Positions 52,757-64,000 of a DNA stretch of 64,000 bases are shown in pieces. The DNA is taken from contig NC_058368.1 of assembly GCF_018350175.1 (NCBI RefSeq), forward strand, positions 194,496,001 through 194,560,000. The letters run 5' to 3'. A program made the position numbers and the translations under genes. The notes below the pieces were generated by a model. That model was not told the origin of the DNA. It ran no database searches and saw only the letters and a program-made list of their open reading frames with translations. Positions within the stretch are counted from its first letter, which is position 1, and each line of letters opens with the position of its first letter. The DNA comes from Felis catus. Lineage: Eukaryota.

Positions 52757-55700
52757 GGGGGGGAGAGCAACAACCTACTGAGTCTAAATATTTGGGCTCA
52801 GAAATGTCCTTTTGTACAAGATCCCAGGTGATCCTGGCATACACTGAAGTGTGAAAATATTCCTTAAAAACACTCCCAGGATAGCTAAATATGACAATCA
52901 TCCAAAAGAACCCAAAAGTTCAGGGTGTTTGTTTTTCCAAAGCTCGAATGTAAGAAAACAAATCCTAATGCAAAAGCATGGTTATAAAGTAGCACAAAGA
53001 TGTGATGCAGCATCATTGATCTGCCTGGTGCCATTATTTTCAATTAGCAAGGAATCCAGAGGGTTTGCCTGAGCCACATGTATGTGTCCAGCCCCATCAC
53101 TGGGAGGGGGGAAATGAGGACAGAAAGCAGGGGGCAGGAATAGAATGTGACATGTGTGAAGAAGGAAGAGTGCTAGGCCAGAGGAGGAGGGACACTGGCT
53201 AATCGATAGGACCAGGCAAAGTAGCGGCAGAGCTCCTGCACAGCCCTGAATTCAAGTAAACGGGAATCGATGGGCTAAAAACCGTGGATTCAATAAAGCC
53301 ATTAAGTCACGGCAATTCCTTTTGAGGCAAATTAATTCCTCCATGGCTGTGTCCCCTGTTGCTCCCAAGACTCAATACTCTACTGGCAAGGGATTTGGTT
53401 AGCACGGCTCTCTATAAAGGCTTCCTGACCTCCTCTCCCCCATTTTATCCCGATGGGAGGGGGACTTCATTGCTTTGGCTGTCTTCCATCCACACATTGT
53501 TCTTGCGTCAAGCCCTAAGTGAATTGCTTATGTTGCAAGGGGAACGACCTGACTGCACCTGCTAAAACCTAACAAGGGGACAGATCCTCAATGGTTAGTG
53601 CTGTTGGTGATAACCTTCCTAGAGAACCACACCAAGTCATTGTGTGTTCCCTTACTCATGAACATAGCAGCAAGACTAACCCTGAGACAGGAGCTATACT
53701 AAGAATATCATATACATTTGTCTTCATTAATTTCTGCCGAGGCAGAAATACCTATGAGGTAGCCACCATTGTGTCCATTTCATGGATGAGGAAACTGAGT
53801 CTTGAATGGTTTAGTAACTGTTGCAATGTCTCCTGACTCCAAAGTCTGCCTCGTGGTCCCTACACTAAACTGTCTCCATACACTGAAACCCTTTAAGACT
53901 CCAGGAAATGACAGGATCCGACTCCACCCACCACCCACCAGCAGTCAGGGGGGATAAGTGAGAGCATGAAACATACAAAACAATGGACTTTCTCCCCACT
54001 ACACAGTCTATGTTCTGAGGGACACTGACAAATAGACTTCCATAGTCCCCTGCACTGTTATTGGCCCAACAGTGCTGTTATTGGTGCTGTCGTTAGCACA
54101 CAGCCAGGTCAAGAAAGACAAGGGAATATATTTCAGGTGAGTGAGTACTAAAGACCCACAACCCAGACTTGCTACAAGGACACATATGCAATACATTAAG
54201 ATAAGTGAAAGCAATTGTTTTGAATGTGAAAGACCTGTGTCCTAACTCCCAGCAACTCCTTCAAGTTGTATGGCCTCTGGCAGTTTTGACCTTGCTAAGG
54301 ATCTACAGTGCCATTGGTAAATTGGACTATGTTTATCTTACATGGTGGCTGGAATAAGTGAATGGTGTACTCCACTTAAGAGCATTTAGCACATGCCTGG
54401 CACAGAATGAATTCTTAAATGCTAGCTGCCATTATTATTCCCAAGACCAGATCACTGCATGACAACCCTTCCTGCCTGCAAACATTAGAGCCTGTGTTCA
54501 CATAGACCTATGCCCACCCAAACCCGGGTGTCCTTTCCACTAACCAGTGTGTAGCCTAGTTATGGAACCTCTCTTAATGTCCATTTACCTGGCAGCTAAA
54601 CAGGGATAATAGTATTATCTGCCTCCCAGGGCTTATAGTCTGGAATATTAAAAAAGAGAGAGGCTTTAGTGACAGCCTGGCCCTTGATTTTATGGATTAG
54701 ATCACCCATGGTAACACCCTCTTTACCCAGAGTTTTAGACTCCACCATTTTTTCCTGTCCCAATACTGCAAAACAGGTTGATCAGGAATTAATGCAGTGT
54801 TTTAAAACTCTGCAGGGCACAGAGCCAGAGTAGCATGGCAGAAGCCAGGCGGGTCCTGGCTTGCAGCTCATGGCACTTGGAGTCACTGGCCACTAGGGGC
54901 CGTTGGTAAGCCACAGAAAGCAGGAAGGATGTCTACTTGTCAGGTTTTTAATGCTGCCTTTCTTATTTAAAGGCCTTTCTGGATTATCAGAAATCTAGCT
55001 CAGGGACCTTGCAAGGAGGCCTGGCTTTATTTTCTATAAGGGCGTTAGCCCCATTGCCTCCTGAGATTGAAGGGAAAGGGACATGTATGCATTGTGCATC
55101 TTTGAGGGGATAGCTTGCTCCTAACTAGTTAGTGAGCCACAAGGCTGGTCAGGAAAAAACACCTGTGTGGTAGAGTTTGTGAAATTCAGGGAGAACCTCC
55201 ACCTGCAAGAATGTCCCCAGCGTCCAGTGGCTGGAATCCCTTTAAGTCCTATATATACTGTAAACTTGTAAACCCCACTGATAAATGTGGAAATGCAGGA
55301 AGGGGACCACATGGCAGGCCACTGTGAGATGCTGTTATGCAGAAAAGGAACTGGGAGCACAAGAGAAAGCATGCAAGCCTGGAGTTGTCAGATGTGGGTC
55401 TGACTTTTAGGTTAGCCAGTTATTAGCTGTGAAGCCTTGGGCAAGTTACTTAACCTCTCTGAGTTTCAGTTCCCTTTAAATCCCCTATCTCCTGGGCTTG
55501 TGTGAGTTTAGTTAAATGAGATGACATATACAATAGTTTGCACAGACAGACAGACAAAGTAATTTCTATTTAGTTGTCATTCTTCTTTCCTCAGGTCAAA
55601 GTAAGAGCTGAACTAAAGGCCTAGAGAGCAAATATGCCGGTGGGCATTGGGGGACTAGGAAGAGGAATCAGGGTACAAGGAAAGTTTAAAAGACAGGAGG

Positions 55701-56339
55701 TAATCAAAGTAGATGCCTCTAATTCATTGACGTCCAGACAAAGCACATCAAAAAACCCCAATGTGACTGTGCACATATTCAGAGTTCTTTTTCTGTTTTT
55801 AGGGTACGTTTTTAGGGTGTGTAATGGCACACGTATAAATGTGTGATATTAGTGGTGTTCAAACTACAGCTCAAATATACATCCCAGATGCCAGAGGACT
55901 TGAAAGTCCCCTGCAGGCAGGACACCAGAGGCAAAATGTGACTAGAAAAAAATATTAGTTGATAGAGAGATCAGGAAAAATGAGGAAGACTCTAAGTCTG
56001 CCCAATTCTGGACCCCACACTGTGAAAGCAAATCAGAACACATCCACAGGAGAGTGAATGCCTTGGGAAGAGTACACAAACAGTCCCTGAAAGTGAGTTG
56101 ACAAAAAAAATATGGCAAGAGAAACACGAAGGGAATTTGATCCCTTTATTTGGATCTACCTTCCCAGAAGGTAGACTTAGGATCACTGAGCATTGGAGAG
56201 TCCATGAATATTGTTTTCAATATTGTATATTCGCTGTGTGTAATGTATGTATTGTACATCTTTGAGGGGAAAAGAATCCACAACTGAAGTCAGATTCACA
56301 TCAGACTTCAAAAACACTCAAGCATCCTTGATATAAGTA

Positions 56340-56697
56340 ATAACAGCTAGTATTTATCAAGCAATTACTAGGTACCAAGCACTGGGCTAAGCCCTTTATG
56401 TAAATCATTGCCCTTTATGTAAACCATTGAATCCTCACAAGAGCCTTCCAAAGCCATCCAAAGGTGGGATAGCTGATTATGAATGCAGGCTTTGGAGCCA
56501 GCCTGCCCTAGTTGATATCCCAATTCTGTCACTACACTAGCTACTTGACTTCTGGCAATCCACTTTCTCAGTTTCCTAGTCTGTAAAAGAGGGATAATAA
56601 TGAAAACCTCCAAAGTTGTCTTGAGGATTAAGTTAGTACATGTAAAGCTCTTCAAATAGCAGATGACAAATAGTATATTTTATAACTGTTAGCTATT
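56340..56697. mobile_element. MIR copies (minus fragment then plus copy)
   Basis: ctcagtttcctagtctgtaaaagagggataataa core. Confidence 0.7.
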
Positions 56698-56699
56698 TG

Positions 56700-56897
56700 A
56701 GAGGCATGCTGGTAAATGTCTTAAAACAAGTTCCTGAAGGAGCAAAATAAGCTCTAATTTAGTATTAGAGCTTATGTGGTATATGTGCCATCCTGGCCAA
56801 TGTCAAGCTAGCAAAATGAAGTCCACCAGCTCTAAAATTCCTAAAAATCTAACAATCAGCTTTCATGAGATGATGAAGCCAGTTCCAGCATACCCCT
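56700..56897 (-). mobile_element. MER63-like MITE
   Basis: tgctggtaaat...aaaattcctaaaaatctaacaatcagc...gccagttccagcatacc; reverse of the copy at 9607. Confidence 0.6.
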
Positions 56898-56936
56898 CTA
56901 TTACAGCCCCCCCCCCAACAATAAGTGCTAAATGGA

Positions 56937-57127
56937 AGGGTGCCTGAGTGGCTCATTCAGTTAAGTATCCCACTCTTGGTTTCAGCTCAGGTCATGATCT
57001 CATGGTTCTTGAGTTCGAGCCCGGCATCAGCTGTCAGCATTGAGCCTGCTTGGAATTCTATCTCCTTCTCTCTCTGCCCCTCCCCTGCTCGCTCTCTCTT
57101 TTTCTCTCTCTTTCAAAAAAAAAAAAA
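56937..57127 (+). mobile_element. CanSINE
   Basis: TSD aagtgctaa(a/t)tgga at 56923-56936 and 57128-57141. Confidence 0.92.
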
Positions 57128-58034
57128 AAGTGCTAATTGGACATGGCCAGCAGATATCTTCCTGGTTCCTTGAAGGAGTGGAGCTCATGCAGAATTGGGA
57201 GAAGCAAAGTTGATATTCTGTTAGAGGAGATTGAAGGGGGAGTTGAAGAAAGGCTGGCAAGAGAATGAAATCTGTTTGGGTGAAGAGTTTTCTGTAAGTG
57301 GTGGGCATAGATCTTCTTTGGGGTAAGTGGAAATCAGCAGCGATCGCACACGGAGAGCTTATTATATGCAAGGTGCTTTCACTCCATGCTTTTGTTTAAT
57401 CTCGAAGACAGCCCTGTGAGGTAGGTGGTCCTAGGTGACACTTGCCCCAGGTTCACAGAAGACAGAAAGGGGGCTCCAGGACATGAAGAATCTGTCTAGG
57501 AATATAAGGCAGGAGGGAAAGGACCTGAGAGCAGAGCCCAGGCCTATGTGACCCTAAAGACCACGCTCTTCCTACTTCTTTATGCTGCTGTTCATACAAC
57601 AGAGAAACACCCAGGCACTTGGGTCATTTTAAGGGAGGAGAGGGACGTCCTTGGAACCCTCTCGGGTAAATTCTAAAGGTGGATCCTTGACTTTCCACAC
57701 TCTTTCCACAGCTTGCTCCAGAAAACCCCTTCATGGATGAATCCTTCAAGCTGTTCCATGAACACAAGGCTCCCCCAGCCACCCAAATCTCTAGGACCTT
57801 TCTTCTGCTGCCACCATGGGGTTACTTCCCTGGGAAGTTTTCCGGGACTATCAATATCCTCTGACTTTATCCACTAGAGTCCTTCCCACAGAGTAAGTTC
57901 AAGCACCCACCCTGAGGCCATTTAGGGAAACTGCACCCATGAAGTCATATAGGTGACCTAGGAAGCCATGCCAAAAATGCTAAATCTTTCACCATCCCTT
58001 AGGGACATTCTCCTTCTATTTCTCTAGAGAGACA

Positions 58035-58260
58035 ATATGGGTATAATTACGATGACAGTTTCAGGAATTAGATTGCTCAGTTCCAACTATGGCTCTGTCA
58101 TTTGTTAATGATGTGACTTTGGGCAGCGAACATAATCTTTATGTGCTTCAGTCTCCTCATCTGAAAAATGGAGACGATACAGGGTCCTCTTCAAAGCAGT
58201 GTCATGATTTACAATAAAATAATATTGAAAAAGGCCTTAAAGGAGGCTTAAAGTAATATT
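58035..58260 (+). mobile_element. MIR
   Basis: tgtgactttgggca...cttcagtctcctcatctgaaaaatgg. Confidence 0.7.
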
Positions 58261-60558
58261 GTAAAAATATGACACACTCAATACATGCTACAGCCTGAGC
58301 ATCTTCCAAGTGCAATTTTTTGGGTCCCATCCTCCCATTCTGGAATTCTGGTCTTAGAGCTCCTTGACTTGCTTATATTGAGCCCAAACCAGTGGTTCCT
58401 AATCTTTTGAAAAGTTACTGATCCTTTTGGAAAGTAAAAACTATATATCCTATTTCCAGTGAAATACACATATGCAAATTTTACATATATTTTTCAGGGG
58501 ACTACTTTGACCTGTGAAGCCCATCCTCGGCCATGCCCACCAGCCTAAAATTCTCTGCCTTCCATTTCAGTTTGTCCATCCTTGATTTGGCTCCCAGAGC
58601 CTTGCCTCTTCCCACTGCGTTTTTATCTCCCCTGTTTTCTCGTATTTTTTCTACACGCAAGGGTTTTTCAGCATCCCCTTCTTGCCTGCCTCCAATCCCT
58701 TATTAACTAACATAGCTCGTCATCCAACAGCAACCCCATAACCACTAAGAATCAAAATAATTGGGATGTTCAAGTGTACATCGGCAGTACTAGGGAGAAT
58801 TGTAATATTGTGCAGAGAAGATCCCGAATTATCTTCCCTTCAAACAATCACAGTTTCTCCTCGTCTAATCTACATACCAACATCCCACTTTTACCATTTC
58901 TAAAGCCAGCTCTCAGTTCATAATAATACTTTCAGTACAGGGCAAGCTTGATATTGTAGCATCCTATCCTGCATGAAGATAAGTCCAAAATACTTATCTT
59001 CCAAAGGCAACACTTCATTGGGATCTAGGCTGAAATTTAGCAGGTCCCCAGAAATAAGATACTGTCCATAGAAGTGTACAGCATAGTTAATCAGTAGAAA
59101 GACCACGGCTTTTTCATATAATATATATGTGTGACCTTAGTCAAGTCCTCTGAGCCTTGCCTTAGTCATCTGTAAAATGGAACTAAGAATGAGAGTAAGC
59201 GTAGTGGTGAGCATGAAATGTCACCAGCAGTCACTCATCAACTGAATATGTTTATTGAGAACTTGCTGTGAGTTAGGCATCATGGTGAGACTGAGAATAA
59301 ATGTAAGGGAAAGATGTAGTGCCTACCCTCAAATTGCTCACAGTGCCTTTGGGAAAACATATCTTGGCAACTCTGTGTTAGAAGAATCACAGGATGCTCT
59401 AGAAATCTAGAGAAGAGACACTTAGCAAAATGCTTAGCACACAGCAGGCACTCAGCAAATGTGACTCCTTTTCCTTAGCTGACAGGTAGACCCTCCAGTA
59501 ACCAAATCAATATACATATATATATTATTTTTTTTTAACAGATGATGCCCTCGAGGGTAAATCCTTGGTAATGCTTGTCTTCTCTGACACCAGAAGGTAT
59601 CATTTCCCATCATCCACCCAAAATGCAAGAGGAGAAATCCCCCAAAGCTTCATTAGGCAGAGGACAGAGAGCCATACAGACCAAATGAGTTGAGCCCAAC
59701 TGTTCACTCCATTCATTAGAGCACTCGCTGTTCTTAACTTGTGGCCAGGAGAGCAATAATAAAGAAAGCAGCCAAGAAAATTAATCAGGACCCAGAGAAT
59801 TTTAATAAAATGTTATTAGAAGTCAGCACAAACTGTGGGGAGGAGAGGAGGTACAGTCTCTGGGGCATCTATTCCTGTTTTAATTGGATGACTCAGGTCT
59901 AGCCGATCTAAAAAAAAATGCCCCACTGATCCCTAGGTTTTGCTTTGCTCATTTGCCTACAGCCAAATCACCCTTCTTATTTCTCCTTCAGCGCCCACCA
60001 TGTCCATCACCTGCCCCATACCACTTTTATTAGTGACCCCCAACCCTCTATTTCAGAGGACTCTACTTATAGAACATCCAGAGCACTTTCTGTGGCAGAC
60101 AAGTGCCCGGTATTAGAAATCAGAGAACCAGGCATTTGGTCTCAGCTTCTGCCTTTAACCCACTGTTAAAAAGTTCCCACTGTGGAACTTTGATCAAAAT
60201 CTACATTCCCCACTAGGCCTCAGTTTTCTCATCTGTAAAATGGGGACATTGGACCTTTCATTCTACCTATTGTCTTTCTACCAGTCTGTGATTCTAAAAA
60301 GTACATTCATACCCCATGATAGGCAACAAAAGAGTTTTAATAACAGCTTCACCCCTACCTGGCATTAAAGGACAAGATGACCTTGCTTTATTCTTTTCTG
60401 CTTCCTGTGAAACCTCCAACCTGAATAAAGGAGTTGGCCTCTTTGCCAGCTATCTGATATGAACCAGCTTTCTCTTTGGACCTTCTGCACAGTGCTATCA
60501 ACACGCTGGCCTTCCCTCACTTCCTTACGTTCACATAGTGCTTTGTCTGTCTCACTAC

Positions 60559-60692
60559 TGGGGATTAAGGCGTGCATTTGTTGTGATGACCACAGGATGA
60601 TGTATGGAAGTGTTAAATTACTGTATTTCATACCTACTATCACTGTATATCCCTAATATCGCACTGTATGTTAACTACCTGCAATTAAAAAA
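60559..60692 (+). mobile_element. Short carnivore L1 3' end
   Basis: gggattaaggcgtgcatttgttgtgatga...tgtatggaagtgtt...cactgtatgttaacta. Confidence 0.75.
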
Positions 60693-61049
60693 TATATATA
60701 CATACACACATGTATGTCTATATACATATATACATACACACATGTATGTCTATATACATATACACATACACACATGTATGTCTATATACATATACACATA
60801 CACACATGTATGTCTATATACATATACACATACACACATGTATGTCTATATACATATACACATACATACATGTATGTCTATATACATATACACATACATA
60901 CATGTATGTCTATATACATATAGACATACATACATGTATGTCTATATACATATAGACATACATACATGTATGTCTATATACATATACACATACATACATG
61001 TATGTATGTATATATACATATAGACATACATATACATATATATACATAT
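60693..61049. repeat. 32-bp minisatellite, about 10 copies
   Basis: Unit tgtatgtctatatacatata(c/t/g)acataca(c/t)aca starting at 60711, 60743, 60775 ... 60967, with a degenerate copy at 60999. Confidence 0.95.
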
Positions 61050-61059
61050 GGCTATATGG

Positions 61060-61250
61060 CTGCCTCACCTATTTATCAAGGTTTCTGTGATGTAGGTAGA
61101 ATGGACATTATTATTCCCATTTTACCTATAAGGAAACTGAGACTGAGAAAACTTAATTGAATTGCTAATGTTATACATCAATTAAATGATAGTCTAGACT
61201 CATGCTTAAGTCTCCCACCCACTGTTCTTATTACTCTATTATCACACTCT
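61060..61250 (-). mobile_element. MIR
   Basis: attattcccattttacctataaggaaactgagactgaga. Confidence 0.7.
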
Positions 61251-62034
61251 GCTTAGACAACTCCAGGGACATTCCAAAACTAATATTCTAACAGTCTAGG
61301 ATAGGGAGAGTGTGATACTAATTTTAAAATTACTAATGAATACATACTAAAAAAATAATTGTGTAATGGATAAAAGTATAAGAAGGCCAAAGACCAGATA
61401 AGAAAGGAAGAGGAAAAAAGAATAATTTTTCACCATAGAAATGGTCTTTGGTCTTTCACCAAAGAAAATGATACCAACCATAACGGACGTAGATCAGCTT
61501 CTTGGCAATAGGAAAAAATATTGCAAACACAGCTTTGAGATTAAATTTTTCAGAAAAAGCAACGTAAGGATTTTTTCCTCCTCTTTTAGTTTATTTGCTC
61601 TTTTATTAATATTCTATATTTCCTAGTTACAAAAAAAAAGTCTTCTACAGCGTAGTGAAAATAAATTGGTAACGTCAGCATTTTCTTTTCACAGCTGGGT
61701 CCCAGGTTGGTAATGTTTTTCTCCATAAAACCATAATCCCATAAAATTTAAGGTTATTAAGTTGCAGGTGAATAATTCATGAGGCAATTATGAAACATTT
61801 ATGATGGAATATTATGAGCTTCCAAATAAAAGAAAACATTTGGGGTTGCCAAATTGACAAACTTTGGTAGCTGTGCTTAGATCTCCCATGAGGGACCTAC
61901 GTGGGCATTCTCTGCTACCTTGGACATTGAAAGGGGCTACAGTCCCTCCAAGACGTATCTGGAACATATCCCAGCAACTCAGCCAGCTGGTGTTACAATC
62001 CACTGAAAGAGCCATAAGTCCTGCCTGAGGCCAA

Positions 62035-62600
62035 CAGTAGCAGTGAGAACAGAGCCTTGTGGAGGGTATACTCTGTGCCAGGCTCTGTGAAAATCACTTC
62101 ACACGTACTATATCTTTAATCCTCACAATGACCCTCTAAAATGAGGATTATTCTTACCAGCCCCATTACTGAGACCAAAAAACTGAGGCACAGCAAGTCT
62201 AATAACTTGCCAAAAATCACATATCCAGCCAGGAGAAAGGCCAGGATTCTAACCCAGGGAGTCGAGCCCTTAAGCCTCCACTCTCAACAACCATGATATA
62301 CTGCCAGGCAAGACAATGGCTGAAGAATGATGAATTCTGGCATCGTTAATGTAGCATTTACACACGGACTGTGCTGTCCTTCAGAGCACTTACCCGTGCA
62401 CCATTCCATCCTCACAAGGCTTCTCTGTAACACTATTGTTGGATATTATTGGGCATATTGGATATTGGATATTGGGGATATTGTCATTTTTCCGTTTTGC
62501 AGATGAGTAAACTGAGGTCCAGAAAGTTTAAATGATGTGGTCAAAATCACACAGCAAGTTAGTAGAGGCACCATAACTAGAACTTCAAGGTTTAATCACA
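62035..62600 (-). mobile_element. Two tandem MIR copies
   Basis: aaactgaggcacag...aacttgccaaaaatcaca and ttttgcagatgagtaaactgaggtccaga. Confidence 0.75.
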
Positions 62601-64000
62601 ATGATGATCACCATAAAATAACAGAATTGGAAAAAAGTTCCTTGCTAAGACTCCCGTCTAACACAGCACTTCTGAAGACAGTTCACCCAGTCTCTACTTA
62701 AGCCCCCCAGGGACAAGGAGCCCCATGCTTAACACAAAATCCCCTTCCACTGTTGTAAAAATTCAAATTATTTCCTTATCCTGGGGCAGTATTTGCCTCC
62801 TTACAACTGACCACTGTTTTATCTGGAAAAACATAAATCTTCCTTCTCTTAGCAGCCATGTGGCCCCTCCTCCTCACGGGCTTTCCCTCCATCACTTGTA
62901 GTTTGTCACCTCCCCCCCAGGATCTTCGATTGTTCCATAGACATGGGTTTTCAACCAACGTCCTTTCTTATCTCTTTTCCTAGATGTGCCCTACGACATT
63001 AACACTCCCCTTCCAAACAGAACTGAATCCCATCTCCAGGGATACCTGTTTAGAGGTAGGCACCTCCTCCCTCCTACAAGGACCTATAAGCATCCCTCTC
63101 TACTGATACAGGTTAGTCTAGCTGAGACCCCATTAACTATTTTCACAATGCATTTATATGAACTTGCTAACCCATCCCAAAACTTTTTCATTTGACCAGC
63201 TATCAAACTAGGTTGCCTTTACCATGTCTTCCCTCTGTACACATTCCCTTCATCTCCTGCAGGATATGATAACTTCAAAACCTCTTGCAGTGCAGGCAGA
63301 AATAGCACTCCAGTGCCATTTCATTTGTCTGCATTTGTTCTGCTGTACTGAGCAGTGAGCATGGGCTGAGCATCTGAGGATGCCCAAAGTAGTCCAAGGA
63401 AATAGAGGGAAAAGTGCATACTGGGCAACAGGATGGACCATCCTGTTACAAGTTAACCCCGTTCTATTAGATTCTCATCATGACATAGCTGTGGTTCAAG
63501 GGCTACTCATTGCCTTCCTTCCTGCTAGAGATGGGTCCTCTACTCTTCAGAACTGAGAGGGACCGGAAAGATGTCTCGTCTAAACTCCCTGTCTTAAAGG
63601 AAGCTGAGGCCCAGAGAAGGGAAACGACCTGTCCAGCCAGTGCTAAATGTGGGACTCGAGCCCAGACTGAGGGTTCCAAGCCCCTCTCCACTACATTTGA
63701 GTCTCAGAGATCATCTGGCCCAATACCTCATTTATCACTGAGCAAACTGAGACACAAAGAGAGAAGGTCACCCAGCCCAGGGGTGCTCAGAAAAAAGACC
63801 AAGGTTTATTAACAATGCATTCCGTTGAAAAGGAATTGTTATCTATTGCATTTCTGTGCTGAGGCTATCCAGCCCGTATCACGGATGATAACATCCACAT
63901 CATTTGACTTCTTTCAGCACCAAAGGCATTTTGCAGTGAGAGCTGGGTCTCATCTTGACTATTACTTCACTGCTATGTGTTCCCCAATAAAAACAGATAC

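Noticed and set aside
60170..60191. Hairpin aaagttcc-cactgt-ggaacttt
   Set aside because: An 8-bp stem is expected by chance in 64 kb and it lies in a MIR remnant.
60604..61160. Longest ORF (139 aa, Y/T/H/I-rich) and a CRISPR-like appearance
   Set aside because: Translation of a tandem minisatellite; there are no unique spacers and the DNA is mammalian.
63913..63932. REST/RE1 site (ttcagcacc; also near 42239)
   Set aside because: Only the left half-site is present; the ggacag right half is missing.
1..64000. A previously undescribed multi-component biological system
   Set aside because: After accounting for NMUR2 exons and interspersed repeats, I found no additional coding exons, RNA genes, CpG island or organised arrays that I can support.

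Overview
Mammalian genomic DNA, almost certainly from a felid (many tRNA-derived CanSINE/SINEC_Fc copies and carnivore L1 3' ends). The only supportable protein-coding content is the last three coding exons of the neuromedin U receptor 2 gene (NMUR2, + strand: 712-796, 3227-3352, 6361-6632). These have canonical GT-AG junctions and splice in frame; exon 1 lies upstream of the window. The remaining ~57 kb is 3' UTR and repeat-rich intergenic DNA: CanSINEs, L1, L2, MIR, MaLR/ERV solo LTRs, hAT MITEs, microsatellites and one 32-bp minisatellite. I found no evidence of a new multi-gene system. The most notable structures are a TSD-bounded L1 whose 5' UTR is joined directly to late ORF2, a possible L1 3' transduction, nested and closely inverted SINEs, and a hairpin-forming minisatellite. 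Repeat family names come from recalled consensus sequences, not a database search, and boundaries of old repeats are approximate.
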